This document shows, piece after piece, positions 39,091-49,975 of a stretch of 64,000 bases of DNA. The stretch comes from an uncultured Flavobacteriales bacterium (GTDB lineage Bacteria > Bacteroidota > Bacteroidia > Flavobacteriales_D > Sanyastnellaceae). The position numbers and the translations under genes were made by a program. The notes below the pieces were generated by a model. It was not told the origin of the DNA and did not search any database. It worked only from the letters and a program-made list of their open reading frames with translations. The stretch covers positions 202,286-266,285 of the forward strand of contig CALGEI010000042.1 in NCBI GenBank assembly GCA_937881575.1, written 5' to 3'. Positions within the stretch are counted from its first letter, which is position 1. Each line of letters begins with the position of its first letter.

Positions 39091-39123
39091 CGTTCGGGTG
39101 AGCACTTAGTGCTCACCCGAATG
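39091..39123 (+). terminator. very stable hairpin between the mini-ORF and rng (terminator or RNase processing/autoregulatory element)
   Basis: CGTTCGGGTGAGCAC-TTA-GTGCTCACCCGAATG, a 15-bp stem with one G.U. No U-tract follows. Confidence 0.5.
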
Positions 39124-39155
39124 GGGCGCTTCCTTGCGTTTCATCCGGTTCCTGC

Positions 39156-40706
39156 GTGAGCAAAGAATTGGTTATCAACTCCGTCTCTGGTGAGGTGGAG
39201 ATCGCCTTGATGGAAAACGGTCAACTCGTTGAGTTGCATCGAGATCAAGGTAGCAATGGGTTTGCGGTCGGGGATATATTTCTCGGCCGGGTTAGGAAGG
39301 TATTGCCTAGTCTGAACGCGTCATTTTTGGACGTTGGACACGAGCGCGATGCCTTTTTGCACTACTTGGACTTGGGTCCGCATTACCGAACTCAACAGCA
39401 GTATGTGAAGCGCGTGATGCAAGGCAAAGAGCCCGTGTCAGATTTGGGGAATTTCAAGCGAGAAGCAGAAATTGACAAAAAAGGGAAGATCAAAGACGAA
39501 GTGTCTTCTTCCCAGTTGGTCATGGTTCAAGTGGCGAAAGAACCAATTAGCTCAAAAGGTCCTCGATTAACAGCTGAAGTGACCCTTCCGGGGCGTTACC
39601 TGGTTTTGGTTCCATTCAGCGAAAAAGTTTCCCTTTCAGGGCGAATCAAAGGCGAGCAAGAACGGACCCGGTTGAAGCGATTGATGCAGAGCATCCGCCC
39701 TCCTGGGTTTGGAATCATTGTGCGCACAGTTGCAGAGGAAAAGGGCGCTGCTGACTTGCATGCGGACTTAGAGGACCTAGTCAATCGTTGGGGTGAGTTG
39801 CACAAGCGATTGAAGAATGCCAAACCAGGCAAACGGGTTTTGGGCGAGTTGAACAAGACCAGTGCGGTTTTGCGCGATGTATTAACAGCTGATTGCACGA
39901 GCATTCGGGTGAATGATCCGGTTTTGGCCGATGAGGTCAAGACCTACTTGCAAACGATTGCTCCCGATAAGGAAGGCGTTGTTAGTGTGAGTAAGGACAA
40001 GGATTTGTTCAATACGTTGTCCATTCATCGCCAGATCAAGGCGGCATTCAGCACGCAGGTCAATTTGAAGAGTGGAGCGTATTTGATTGTTGAGCAGACG
40101 GAGGCCATGCATGTGATTGACATCAACAGTGGCGGAAGAAAAGCAGGAGCTAAGGACCAAGAAGAGAATGCCTTGCACACGAATCTTGAGTGTGTTAGTG
40201 AAATTGCCCGAATCCTGCGTTTGCGGGATATGGGTGGCATCATTTGCATTGACTTCATCGACATGGCGAAGCGCGAGCACAACAAACAACTGACAGACGC
40301 CCTGAAGGAGGCGATGCAGACGGACAAGGCCAAGCACAATATTTTACCTCCGAGCCGATTCGGTGTGGTTGAGATGACACGTCAACGGGTTCGGCCTGTA
40401 GCCACGATCAAGACTTCTGAAAAGTGTCCAACCTGCTCCGGAACAGGTGCGGTTCAATCATCCATACTCGTTACGGATACGATTGAGAATAGCATTAGCT
40501 ACCTTGTAGAAGGAGAGGGACATCGCCGGTTGACCATCATGTTGCACCCGATGGTAGAGTCCTACATTAAACAAGGTTGGTTGAAGTCCATTTTGAAGGG
40601 CTGGCAAAAGAAGTACCACATCAAAATTCATGTGGAGTCAAACTCCTCATTGGAATTGCTTGAATATCATTTGTACAATCAACTTGGAGAAGAGTTGTCC
40701 GTCTGA
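39156..40706 (+). CDS. rng: ribonuclease E/G family protein (RNase G-like)
   Basis: S1 domain GDIFLGRVRKVLPSLNASFLDVG, catalytic region HVIDINSGG, ICIDFIDM, Zn-link CPTCSGTG. GTG start. Confidence 0.9.
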   Translation: MSKELVINSVSGEVEIALMENGQLVELHRDQGSNGFAVGDIFLGRVRKVLPSLNASFLDVGHERDAFLHYLDLGPHYRTQQQYVKRVMQGKEPVSDLGNFKREAEIDKKGKIKDEVSSSQLVMVQVAKEPISSKGPRLTAEVTLPGRYLVLVPFSEKVSLSGRIKGEQERTRLKRLMQSIRPPGFGIIVRTVAEEKGAADLHADLEDLVNRWGELHKRLKNAKPGKRVLGELNKTSAVLRDVLTADCTSIRVNDPVLADEVKTYLQTIAPDKEGVVSVSKDKDLFNTLSIHRQIKAAFSTQVNLKSGAYLIVEQTEAMHVIDINSGGRKAGAKDQEENALHTNLECVSEIARILRLRDMGGIICIDFIDMAKREHNKQLTDALKEAMQTDKAKHNILPPSRFGVVEMTRQRVRPVATIKTSEKCPTCSGTGAVQSSILVTDTIENSISYLVEGEGHRRLTIMLHPMVESYIKQGWLKSILKGWQKKYHIKIHVESNSSLELLEYHLYNQLGEELSV

Positions 40707-40725
40707 TTTTGAAGTCTCTTGAAAC

Positions 40726-41955
40726 CTAATTGAGGTATTTGGGATAGCACAAGAAAGACTTGACCACGAGTGTGGTCAAGTTTTCCCGATTCCAATGATC
40801 AGATGCGTCTCCAAAATCTTTAATCGTGCCATCTTTGAATCGGATTTGGATGCCTCCGGATTCATAGATCCGGTTATCAATGCGTTCACTAATGACGAAA
40901 TAGCTCGCATCTTCTAAGGAGAGTTTGAAGTCGGCTGCCACACGCTCTAGCTGGATGTCCAACTCATCCTTAGAGAATCCTTGCGAACGCAATTCGATTT
41001 GGAAGAGATCACGGTTGATGATGCGACGGCTGAGGTCGCTCAAAATTGGATCGGCATGATGCTGCCATGCTTTCAACGCGCAGAGAATGTCACTATCGTC
41101 CAATTGGCAAAAATGACCTAAGATGCTGGGGTCAGCAATGAAGCGGGCCTTATCGAGCGAGTCATGGAGGAAAATTTGCAGTGACGGTGTCGAAAACAAT
41201 TGGGGGTCGCTCTGAGCGACATGTTTGGCCCTTCTCAGGGCTGACATGAGCATGAATTCAGCACAGAGCACGGTCCGGTGCAAATAGACTTGCCAATACA
41301 TCAGGCGCCGTGCCATGACAATTTTCTCGATGGAATAAATGCCTTTTTCCTCAACGACCAATTGGCCATCCTCGACGGCCAGCATTTTAATAATGCGTTC
41401 ACTGCCGACGCGGCCTTCAGCAACCCCTGAGTAAAAGCTATCGCGTGATAGGTAGTCCAACCGGTCCATATCCAACTGGGATGAGATCAATTGATGCAGA
41501 AAGCGCTTGGGGTGGTGGTCATTGAAGATGGCTATTGCCGTATCCAAAGCACCGTGCATCTCTTCGTTTAGCCGATTCATGATCAACACCGAAATGTCTT
41601 CATGGTTAACGCCTGTGACAATGCTGTGTTCCAAGGCATGACTAAAAGGACCGTGGCCTATGTCATGCAGTAGAATGGCTGCGCAAGCACCTTCGGCTTC
41701 TCTTTCACTGATGTCAACCCCCTTCGATCGCAGCACAGAAATGGCCTCCTGCATCAAGTGCATGGCACCAATAGCGTGATGAAAACGGTTGTGCACTGCC
41801 CCTGGATAGACCAGATGAGACAGTCCCAATTGCGAGATGCGACGCAAGCGTTGCATGTACGGGTGATCTAACAAGTCAAACGTCAAAGCATGCTGGATCG
41901 TGATGAATCCGTAAACCGGATCGTTGAGAATTTTATGTTTGTTGTGATTCAGCAT
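40726..41955 (-). CDS. HD-domain dNTP triphosphohydrolase-like protein (SAMHD1/EF1143-like)
   Basis: ATG at 41955: MLNHNKHKILNDPVYGFITI...YMQRLRRISQLGLSHLVYPGAVHNRFHHAIGAMHL...LLHDIGHGPFSH. Confidence 0.75.
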   Translation of the reverse strand: MLNHNKHKILNDPVYGFITIQHALTFDLLDHPYMQRLRRISQLGLSHLVYPGAVHNRFHHAIGAMHLMQEAISVLRSKGVDISEREAEGACAAILLHDIGHGPFSHALEHSIVTGVNHEDISVLIMNRLNEEMHGALDTAIAIFNDHHPKRFLHQLISSQLDMDRLDYLSRDSFYSGVAEGRVGSERIIKMLAVEDGQLVVEEKGIYSIEKIVMARRLMYWQVYLHRTVLCAEFMLMSALRRAKHVAQSDPQLFSTPSLQIFLHDSLDKARFIADPSILGHFCQLDDSDILCALKAWQHHADPILSDLSRRIINRDLFQIELRSQGFSKDELDIQLERVAADFKLSLEDASYFVISERIDNRIYESGGIQIRFKDGTIKDFGDASDHWNRENLTTLVVKSFLCYPKYLN

Positions 41956-42032
41956 CTTCGGGCCAGATAAGAAATGGGGAGGAACTGCGTTGAGAATAGC
42001 CGCAAGATAACGTGTAGCGACCACGTCGGACT

Positions 42033-42040
42033 TACCTTTG
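42033..42040 (+). promoter_or_regulatory. TAnnTTTG (-7-like) motif upstream of porX
   Basis: TACCTTTG ends 18 nt before the ATG at 42059. Confidence 0.3.
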
Positions 42041-42058
42041 AACAGACACTTTAAAACG

Positions 42059-43633
42059 ATGCAGCGAACTCCACGAATTTTATGGGCGGATGATGAAATT
42101 GAACTGCTCAAACCCCATCTGCTTTTTCTAGAAGGAAAAGGCTTTCATGTTACGCCGGTCAACAGCGGAGTGGAAGCCCTCGAATTGCTGGCAACGGGCA
42201 TTTTTGACTTGGTGTTTCTCGATGAGCAAATGCCCGGACTCAATGGGTTGGAGACGCTTCAACGGATCAAGGAACAACGGCCACACCTTCCGGTCATCAT
42301 GATCACCAAGAGTGAGGAAGAGCACATCATGGAGGAGGCGATTGGTTCCAAGATCAGTGATTACTTGATCAAACCGGTGAATCCTAATCAGATTTTGCTG
42401 GCCGTCAAAAAGAATTTGGATGAAAAGCGATTGGTCAGTGAGAAGGCCATGACAGACTATCAACGTGAGTTTCGTGAACTGTCCATGCAAATGATGGGAC
42501 GGTTGGATGCGCGTGATTGGACGGCGATTTACCAACGGCTTGTGCACTGGAAATTGGAGTTGGAGAAGTCAGAAGATGCTGGCATGCGAGATGTCTTGGA
42601 AATGCAATTCAAGGATGCCGATCGACAATTCTCTAAGTATTATCAAACCTCGTATGAGGAATGGATGGCGGCTTCAGATGAAGACCATCCGACACTTTCG
42701 CACCGTCTGTTGCCCGAGCGATTGCCCCAGATTTTAGCCGATGTTGGTGACAAACGACCGGTGTATCTCGTTGTCATTGACAACTTGCGCATGGACCAAT
42801 GGAGAATGATTGAACCGCTGTTACTCAACCGCTTCCGCGTTATTCGATCGGAGCCCTATTTCTCCATGTTGCCGACAGCAACACAGTATTCGCGGAACGC
42901 CTTGTTCGCTGGTCTAACTCCTGCTGAAATCGCGCGAGTATATCCAGAGTATTGGGTGGATGAAGATCAAGAGGGAAGCAAGAATAAATTCGAAGCACAG
43001 CTGTTTGATCAATTGCTGAAGCGATTGGATTTCAAAGGAAAATCGGGTTACCACAAGGTGACCAATTTGGCTGCAGGAAGAAAATTGGTAGAACAATTTC
43101 ATCAAACCAAGGAAAATGATATCACTGCGGTGGTTTATAATTTCGTGGACATGCTCTCCCATGCGCGCTCTGAGATGGACGTGCTCAAGGAGTTAGCGGA
43201 AGACGACGCTGCATACCGATCCTTAACATTGTCTTGGTTTGAACACAGCGCATTGCGCGAGTTGTTTGACCAAATGGCCGCTTTCAATGCCCGGGTCATT
43301 ATCACCACGGACCATGGAACGGTGCGGGTAAACCGTCCAATTCAAGTCAAAGGGGATCGAAAAACCAATTCGAATCTGCGATATAAAGTGGGGAAAAATT
43401 TGGGGTACAAAGCATCGGATGTTTTTGAAGTTCGAGATCCCTTGGCCTTTGGATTGCCGCGCCCACAAGTGAGCTCCTCCTACATTTTTGCGCGGGAAGA
43501 CGATTTCTTAGTTTACCCGAACAACTACCATCACTTTGCCCAGAACTTTAAAGACACTTTTCAGCACGGAGGCATCTCCATGGAAGAAGTGATCATCCCC
43601 TGGGTAGAAATGGATCCTGTCGATACCTTGTGA
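42059..43633 (+). CDS. porX: PorX-type response regulator (receiver + PglZ/alkaline-phosphatase-like domain)
   Basis: Receiver ILWADDE...DEQMPGLNG...LIKP, followed by a roughly 390-aa PglZ-like domain (VIDNLRMDQW..., TDHGT...). Same architecture as the T9SS regulator PorX. Confidence 0.8.
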   Translation: MQRTPRILWADDEIELLKPHLLFLEGKGFHVTPVNSGVEALELLATGIFDLVFLDEQMPGLNGLETLQRIKEQRPHLPVIMITKSEEEHIMEEAIGSKISDYLIKPVNPNQILLAVKKNLDEKRLVSEKAMTDYQREFRELSMQMMGRLDARDWTAIYQRLVHWKLELEKSEDAGMRDVLEMQFKDADRQFSKYYQTSYEEWMAASDEDHPTLSHRLLPERLPQILADVGDKRPVYLVVIDNLRMDQWRMIEPLLLNRFRVIRSEPYFSMLPTATQYSRNALFAGLTPAEIARVYPEYWVDEDQEGSKNKFEAQLFDQLLKRLDFKGKSGYHKVTNLAAGRKLVEQFHQTKENDITAVVYNFVDMLSHARSEMDVLKELAEDDAAYRSLTLSWFEHSALRELFDQMAAFNARVIITTDHGTVRVNRPIQVKGDRKTNSNLRYKVGKNLGYKASDVFEVRDPLAFGLPRPQVSSSYIFAREDDFLVYPNNYHHFAQNFKDTFQHGGISMEEVIIPWVEMDPVDTL

Positions 43634-43638
43634 GTGAG

Positions 43639-44121
43639 ATGCCGAAGAAGCAACTTTTTGACTCCGGTTGGTACGTCCTGGATTCTTTAGAATCTGTGGT
43701 GGAGCATTTGAATGCTGCCATGAAGCAAGTGCTGTTGCCCAATGCACAGGGCGGTTATTCGGGAGTGGTTGCGCTGCATGGGCCGATGGGGGTGGGAAAG
43801 ACCACTTTAGTCAATGCGCTATGTCAATTTTGGGGAGTCCAAGGAGGCACGGCGAGTGCAACATTTGGTTTAGTCAATGCCTACAAAGCGGGAGATTGGT
43901 CCATTTTTCATCAGGATTTATACCGATTGAGCGGGGAAGAGGAGGCTTGGGAATTGGGGCTTTCGGAGTACTTCGAAGGGGATGCCTTGAATCTTGTCGA
44001 GTGGCCTGAGCGCGCACCGGGCTTGATGCCTGATGATGCGTTGCTGTTAGAGTTGCAGATGGAGTCGCCATCGGATTCTCCTGCTCGAAGAGCGATTCTT
44101 TGGCAAATGGAGGCTTCATAA
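43639..44121 (+). CDS. tsaE: tRNA t6A37 threonylcarbamoyltransferase complex ATPase TsaE
   Basis: P-loop GPMGVGKTTLV, HQDLYRL, VEWPE. An alternative GTG at 43630 overlaps the porX stop. Confidence 0.85.
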   Translation: MPKKQLFDSGWYVLDSLESVVEHLNAAMKQVLLPNAQGGYSGVVALHGPMGVGKTTLVNALCQFWGVQGGTASATFGLVNAYKAGDWSIFHQDLYRLSGEEEAWELGLSEYFEGDALNLVEWPERAPGLMPDDALLLELQMESPSDSPARRAILWQMEAS

Positions 44122-44150
44122 GATTGGTTTTAGTACTTTGACCCACGGAC

Positions 44151-45368
44151 ATGAACGAAAAAAGCAAAGGAATCCAATCGCTAGCCCGCGAGGCGGCGCT
44201 TCTCCCACAGGAAGAGGTGTTGCAGATCACATCAAAGACCAGTGAGTTGGTGATCGGCATTCCGAAGGAAGAGAGTTTGCAGGAAAAACGTGTCGCTTTG
44301 GTGCCTGAGGCCGTTGCGCTGCTTGTGGCCAGAGGCCATCAAGTTCTTATTGAGACAGGGGCAGGAGCCCAAGCCCACTACTCAGACGGGGATTACAGTG
44401 AATCAGGTGCGCGCATTGTATACGATCGTCGCCAAGCGTTTCAGACGGGCATTGTCATCAAAGTAGAGCCTCCGACGATGGAGGAAGTCGAATTGATGGG
44501 CATGCGCCAAACCTTGATCAGTGCGTTGCAATGGACTGTTCAGCCAACAGGCTTGTTGGCGGCTCTGGCAGCCAAGAAGATTACGGCGATTGCCTGGGAT
44601 TTCATTCAAAATGAGAATGGAATTTTCCCGCTGGTTCGGGCCATGGGAGAGATCGCCGGCAACTCGGCCGTGCTAATCGCCGGTGATTTGCTCGCAGGTC
44701 CCCATGGAAGAGGGACGTTGTTTGGAGGCGTTTCAGGAGTCCCTCCGACCGAAGTCGTCATCATTGGAGCGGGCACTGTTGGAGAGTTTGCGGCACGCGC
44801 AGCGCTGGGTTTAGGGGCCACCGTGAAGCTGTTCGATGACAGCCCCAATCGCTTGATTCGGTTGCAAAACGCCCTAGGACAGCGGTTGTGGACTTCTACG
44901 CTACAGCCTTCCGTTCTCAGTGAAGCCTTGCGCACAGCGGATGTTGCAATCGGGGCTATTCGGGGGACGGGTCAACGCACGCCGATGGTAGTTTCTGAAC
45001 CGATGGTCGCCGGGATGCGGAAAGGAACAGTCGTTGTTGACGTGACGATAGATCGCGGAGGATGTTTTGAGTCAAGTCGAATTACGTCGCATGAGCGTCC
45101 GACTTTCATTGAAATGGAAGTGATTCACTATTGCGTCCCGAACATTCCTTCACGCGTAAGTCGCACTGCTTCAAAAGCCTTGAGCAACATCATGGCTCCA
45201 TTGCTTTTGGAATTTGCAGCGGATGGGGGGGTAGAAGATTCCATCAAACAAAACCGATTGGCCCGTTCAGGGGTTTACATGTTCCACGGAAGCTTAACGC
45301 ACCCCGGACTCGCAATGGAATCCAAGCTTCCTTTTAAAGATTTGGACTTGTTGCTTGCGACGCTTTGA
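44151..45368 (+). CDS. ald: alanine dehydrogenase / PNT alpha-like NAD(H)-binding dehydrogenase
   Basis: IGIPKE..EKRVALVPE N-terminal domain, Rossmann IIGAGTVGEFAARAALGLGA. Confidence 0.7.
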   Translation: MNEKSKGIQSLAREAALLPQEEVLQITSKTSELVIGIPKEESLQEKRVALVPEAVALLVARGHQVLIETGAGAQAHYSDGDYSESGARIVYDRRQAFQTGIVIKVEPPTMEEVELMGMRQTLISALQWTVQPTGLLAALAAKKITAIAWDFIQNENGIFPLVRAMGEIAGNSAVLIAGDLLAGPHGRGTLFGGVSGVPPTEVVIIGAGTVGEFAARAALGLGATVKLFDDSPNRLIRLQNALGQRLWTSTLQPSVLSEALRTADVAIGAIRGTGQRTPMVVSEPMVAGMRKGTVVVDVTIDRGGCFESSRITSHERPTFIEMEVIHYCVPNIPSRVSRTASKALSNIMAPLLLEFAADGGVEDSIKQNRLARSGVYMFHGSLTHPGLAMESKLPFKDLDLLLATL

Positions 45369-45398
45369 GATTTGTGGGACGTCCGTCCTTGCTTGAAA

Positions 45399-48044
45399 TC
45401 ATAACGATTCTAGGTTGGTTTTGCTGGCACCACTGACCGCTTTCTTGATTTCATGCAGTTTGAGCAAGGCATCCAATGGAGTGAGCTCGTCGATGTTTAA
45501 ATCTAAAATTTGTTCTCTGACTTGTTCCAAAACAGGGTCATCAAGCTGGAAGAAACTCAATTGAACATCCGAGGCAGTGGGCAAAGTGACGCGATTCACT
45601 TGCGGTCCAGTTGTTGTGCTTGATTCTTGATCCCAATCCGTTCTGCTCGCTTCAAGTTCCCTGAGGACTTCCTCTGAGCGGCGTACGATGGACTTGGGCA
45701 TTCCCGCCAATTTCGCGACGTGGATCCCGAATGAGTGATTGCTTCCACCTGCGACTAGCTTGCGCAAGAAGACGATTTGTTGGTTGACCTCTCGGACACT
45801 GACATTGAAATTGCGTATGCGGGGAAAACGTTCCTGCATCGCATTCAATTCATGATAATGCGTTGCGAACAAAGTCAATGGGCGAGTTGAGGGATTCTGA
45901 TGAAGAAATTCGGCGATGGCCCAAGCGATGCTCACGCCATCATAGGTGCTGGTTCCTCGACCAATCTCATCCATCAAGATCAAACTGCGGGACGTCAGGT
46001 TGTTGAGAATGGAAGCCGTTTCATTCATCTCAACCATGAAGGTGGATTCTCCCGAAGAAATGTTGTCCGAAGCACCGACCCGCGTGAAAATCCGATCTAA
46101 AACCCCCAAGTCTGCCGAGGCGGCGGGTACAAACGACCCCATTTGGGCCATTAAACTGATGATGGCTGTCTGACGCAAAAGCGCAGATTTCCCGGCCATA
46201 TTGGGCCCTGTGATCATCAGTATTTGCGCTTGTTCCGGGTCGAGCGTGACGTCGTTCGCGATGTATGATTCTCCGAGCGGGAGCGCGCGTTCAATGACAG
46301 GGTGTCTTCCTTGTGAAATGCGAAGACCTTGTTCAACCTGCATGCGAGGTCGGACATAGCTACCGGACTCGGCGAGGACGGCTAGGCTTGACAGCACGTC
46401 CATTTGGCCCATGACCAGAGCGTTCTCCTGCAACGCTGCAATTTCATCCCCGACAGCGAGTACGAGTTGCTCGTAACAGGCCTGTTCCAATCGACCAGAG
46501 CGCTCTTGGGCATCCAAGATGCGCGTTTCGAGTTCCTTGAGTTCCTCGGTGATGTAGCGTTCGGCTTGAGTCAGGGTTTGTTTGCGAATCCACTCCTCGG
46601 GCACCTTGTCTTTGTGTGTGTTGCGCACTTCCAGATAGTACCCGAATACTTGGTTGTAATCAATCTTGAGTGAAGTGATTCCTGTGCGCTCAGTCTCGCG
46701 CTCACAAATGGCAGCCAATGCGCTTTTTGCATCGTACTTCAACTGGCGCAATTCATCCAATTCAGCGTGCACTCCGGTCTTGATCACGGACCCTTTATTC
46801 ACCGAGAGTGGAGCCTCGTCCTCCAATTCTCGGTCGAGTCGCTGAAGTAAGGCGTCGCAAGGCGTCAATCGTTCGAGATAGGCGAGAAGCGCGTCGTGTC
46901 CTGCTGATAAGGCTGCAATGGCCTGGGTGCCACGCAGCCCAGCACGCAATTGAACCAGTTCACGCGGATTGATTCTTCCCGAGCTCGCCTTCGATGCGAG
47001 CCGTTCTAAATCGCCCATGGATCCCAGGTGCGCTTGAATGGCCGAGCACATCTCCTCGTCTTGCAAAAACAAATCAACGGCCTCGTGGCGTTGGCTGATT
47101 GAAGCGACATCGGTCAATGGCATAACGAGCCATCGACGCAGACACCGCGCACCCATGGGAGAGCCCGTGTGGTCCATTGTTTGGACCAAGGAGATGCCAT
47201 CTTCCTGAGAAGGCCTCAAGATTTCCAGATTGCGAATGGTAAACCGATCCAGCCACAAAGTTCCGTCTTCCGTTAGCTTCCGAATATGGCGAACGTGCTT
47301 GGGGTGATCATGCCGCGCGTGTTCGAGGTAATGGAGGATGGCGCCTGAAGCAATGGTGGCATCGGGGGACTGGGCTAAACCAAAACCTTTCAGTGAACCG
47401 CTATCAAATTGGTTGTGGATCCGTTCAACCGCATAATCTTGTTTGAAGACCCAATCGTCCAAACGACTTAAATGCCAGTCTGTTCCAAATTGGTGTCGAA
47501 TTTCCGATTCATGCGGCTTGGAGCACAGCAATTCCGATGGTTGGTGTGCCCGAAGAAGCCGCTCAATTAAATCAACAGATCCTTCAGCGGCACTGAAGTC
47601 TCCTGTAGAAATGTCGAGCAGAGCCAACCCGCAGCCTTTTTTGGACCAGTGGACTGCGGCCAAATAATTGTTGCTAGAAGATTCAAGGACTTGATCATGA
47701 TAAGACATGCCGGGAGTAACCAACTCTGTCACCCCTCGTTTGACAATTCCAACAGCCTGTTTGGGGTCTTCCAATTGGTCACAAACGGCCACACGATGAC
47801 CAGCACGCACCAACCGCGGAAGATAATTGTCCAATGAGTGGTGGGGGAATCCAGCCAGTTCAATTTCAGATGCACTCCCATTCCCTCGCTTCGTCAATAC
47901 AATGCTGAGAACGCCGGCTGCAGTGATGGCGTCTTCGCCAAAGGTTTCATAGAAATCACCGACTCGGAAGAGCAACAAGGTATCCGGGTATTTGGATTTT
48001 ACCCGGTTGTATTGCTGCATCAACAGTGTCTCCTTCCTGGCCAT
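45399..48044 (-). CDS. mutS: DNA mismatch repair protein MutS
   Basis: TLLMQQYNRVKSKYPD, Walker A TGPNMAGKS, DEIGRGTSTYDG, THYHEL. 881 aa. Confidence 0.96.
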   Translation of the reverse strand: MARKETLLMQQYNRVKSKYPDTLLLFRVGDFYETFGEDAITAAGVLSIVLTKRGNGSASEIELAGFPHHSLDNYLPRLVRAGHRVAVCDQLEDPKQAVGIVKRGVTELVTPGMSYHDQVLESSSNNYLAAVHWSKKGCGLALLDISTGDFSAAEGSVDLIERLLRAHQPSELLCSKPHESEIRHQFGTDWHLSRLDDWVFKQDYAVERIHNQFDSGSLKGFGLAQSPDATIASGAILHYLEHARHDHPKHVRHIRKLTEDGTLWLDRFTIRNLEILRPSQEDGISLVQTMDHTGSPMGARCLRRWLVMPLTDVASISQRHEAVDLFLQDEEMCSAIQAHLGSMGDLERLASKASSGRINPRELVQLRAGLRGTQAIAALSAGHDALLAYLERLTPCDALLQRLDRELEDEAPLSVNKGSVIKTGVHAELDELRQLKYDAKSALAAICERETERTGITSLKIDYNQVFGYYLEVRNTHKDKVPEEWIRKQTLTQAERYITEELKELETRILDAQERSGRLEQACYEQLVLAVGDEIAALQENALVMGQMDVLSSLAVLAESGSYVRPRMQVEQGLRISQGRHPVIERALPLGESYIANDVTLDPEQAQILMITGPNMAGKSALLRQTAIISLMAQMGSFVPAASADLGVLDRIFTRVGASDNISSGESTFMVEMNETASILNNLTSRSLILMDEIGRGTSTYDGVSIAWAIAEFLHQNPSTRPLTLFATHYHELNAMQERFPRIRNFNVSVREVNQQIVFLRKLVAGGSNHSFGIHVAKLAGMPKSIVRRSEEVLRELEASRTDWDQESSTTTGPQVNRVTLPTASDVQLSFFQLDDPVLEQVREQILDLNIDELTPLDALLKLHEIKKAVSGASKTNLESL

Positions 48045-48052
48045 GAGTTGGG

Positions 48053-49267
48053 TCAGGCCACCTTCAGGCCCGTTTGAGCATCTTGATCGAATCGGCTTTC
48101 TGCGTATTTCCGGTTGACCGTCAAAGATTTGTTGTCCGTTCCAGGCATTTCAAACATGGCATCATTCAAAATGGCCTCCATAATGCTTCTTAAACCGCGA
48201 GCTCCCAATTTGAATTCAACCGCTTTTTCCACCATATAGTCCAATCCGGAACCATCGAATTTCAACTCGATGCCATCCATTTCGAACAGATGAATGTATT
48301 GCTTACACAGGGCATTCTTGGGTTCTACTAAGATGCGTCTCAATGCGGCAGGGCTCAATTCTTGCAAGTAGGTGATGACAGGGAATCGACCGATTAACTC
48401 GGGAATCAAGCCAAAACTCCGCAAGTCCACCGGAGCGACGTATTGTAAAATTTCATCGGAATCGAGAGTGATTCCTTCCTGTTGATAGCCAATGGACGAC
48501 CGCTTGATGCGACGTTCGATAATCTGTTCAATTCCGGAAAAAGCTCCACCACAAATGAACAAGATGTTTTTGGTGTTGATGGATATGAGCTTCTGTTCTG
48601 GGTGCTTTCGCCCTCCTTGAGGTGGGACGCTCACATCTGCACCTTCGAGCAACTTCAAAAGTGCCTGCTGCACACCTTCTCCGCTCACGTCTCGTGTTAT
48701 GGATGGATTGTCGCTTTTGCGGGCGATTTTGTCAATCTCATCAATGAAAACGATGCCTCGTTCAGCGCGCTCGACATCGAAGTCTGCGCTTTGAAGCAAG
48801 CGAGAGAGAACACTCTCGACATCTTCACCGACATACCCTGCTTCCGTTAAAACAGTCGCATCGGCAATGCAAAAAGGGACGTCCAACATCCGAGCAATGG
48901 AGCGAGCGATCAATGTCTTACCTGTGCCTGTCTGACCAATCATGATCACGTTGGACTTGTCTATTTCCACATCGTCGCCCTTTGGGATGTACGACAAACG
49001 CTTGTAGTGATTGTAGACAGCTACACTGATGGTGCGCTTGGCATCGTCTTGTCCAATGATGTACTCGTCCAGATGCTTTTTGATTTCAGCTGGGATTTTC
49101 AATTGGAGTTCGGGTGCAGCGTTTTGCTGCACCCGCTCTTCACGAATGATACTCTCGGCTTGCTCGATACAGTGGTCACAGATGTGTCCGGTAACGCCTG
49201 CAATGAGTACGGTAACGTCTTCTTTGCTTCGTCCGCAAAAAGAGCAATTTATAGGCTGTTCACTCAT
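48053..49267 (-). CDS. clpX: ATP-dependent Clp protease ATP-binding subunit ClpX
   Basis: Zn-binding CSFCGRSK...CDHC, Walker [18 protein letters not shown]. Confidence 0.96.
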   Translation of the reverse strand: MSEQPINCSFCGRSKEDVTVLIAGVTGHICDHCIEQAESIIREERVQQNAAPELQLKIPAEIKKHLDEYIIGQDDAKRTISVAVYNHYKRLSYIPKGDDVEIDKSNVIMIGQTGTGKTLIARSIARMLDVPFCIADATVLTEAGYVGEDVESVLSRLLQSADFDVERAERGIVFIDEIDKIARKSDNPSITRDVSGEGVQQALLKLLEGADVSVPPQGGRKHPEQKLISINTKNILFICGGAFSGIEQIIERRIKRSSIGYQQEGITLDSDEILQYVAPVDLRSFGLIPELIGRFPVITYLQELSPAALRRILVEPKNALCKQYIHLFEMDGIELKFDGSGLDYMVEKAVEFKLGARGLRSIMEAILNDAMFEMPGTDNKSLTVNRKYAESRFDQDAQTGLKVA

Positions 49268-49293
49268 GTTATTCTAACAGAAAATGGGAGGCG

Positions 49294-49971
49294 TTATTTG
49301 CGCTCGAGAACTTCATCAATCATGCCATACTCCTTAGCCTCAGCCGCAATCATCCAGTAATCTCTGTCTGAATCATTCCAGACTTTCTTCGATGTTTGCC
49401 CTGAATGGCTGGCGATGATGTCATACAGCTCCTTCTTGAGTTTTTGGATTTCACGGGCTGTGATTTCAATGTCGGATGCTTGACCGCTGGCTCCTCCCAG
49501 TGGTTGGTGGATCATGACGCGGCTGTGCTTCAAGCCTGTTCGCTTGCCGGCAGCACCTGCACAGAGTAAAACAGCTCCCATTGAAGCGGCCATGCCGGTG
49601 CAAATCGTGGCAACATCCGGACGGATGTATTGCATGGTGTCATAAATCCCCAAGCCAGCATATACAGAGCCGCCTGGTGAATTGATGTAGATCTGAATGT
49701 CTTTTGTGGGGTCAGTAGACTCCAAAAAGAGTAGCTGCGCCTGGACAATGTTGGCGATATAATCGTCAATGCCCGTTCCTAAGAAGATGATGCGATCGGC
49801 CATCAATCGAGAAAATACGTCCACCTCACGGAAAGGCATTTGACGTTCTTCAATTACGGTCCGGGTCATGTTGTCGGCACCGTATGCGAAAGAAATGTAA
49901 TCCCTCACGGTTTGGCTACTGAGTCCGCGGTCTTTTGCTGCGTACTTCAGGAATTCATTGCGGTCTGTCAT
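49294..49971 (-). CDS. clpP: ATP-dependent Clp protease proteolytic subunit ClpP (Bacteroidetes-type N-terminal extension)
   Basis: [12 protein letters not shown], catalytic [16 protein letters not shown]. Confidence 0.95.
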   Translation of the reverse strand: MTDRNEFLKYAAKDRGLSSQTVRDYISFAYGADNMTRTVIEERQMPFREVDVFSRLMADRIIFLGTGIDDYIANIVQAQLLFLESTDPTKDIQIYINSPGGSVYAGLGIYDTMQYIRPDVATICTGMAASMGAVLLCAGAAGKRTGLKHSRVMIHQPLGGASGQASDIEITAREIQKLKKELYDIIASHSGQTSKKVWNDSDRDYWMIAAEAKEYGMIDEVLERK

Positions 49972-49975
49972 GCTC

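Noticed and set aside
39882-40337. 151-aa and 104-aa minus-strand ORFs inside rng, and a 139-aa ORF (42128-42547) inside porX.
   Set aside because: They are antisense to strongly supported genes and have no independent evidence.
40726-41955. SAMHD1-like HD dNTP triphosphohydrolase considered as a possible anti-phage dNTP-depletion gene.
   Set aside because: It is a stand-alone gene in a core context (between rng and porX), with no associated sensor or mobile-element genes. This family appears to be broadly conserved housekeeping in Bacteroidota, so nothing in the sequence supports a defence role.
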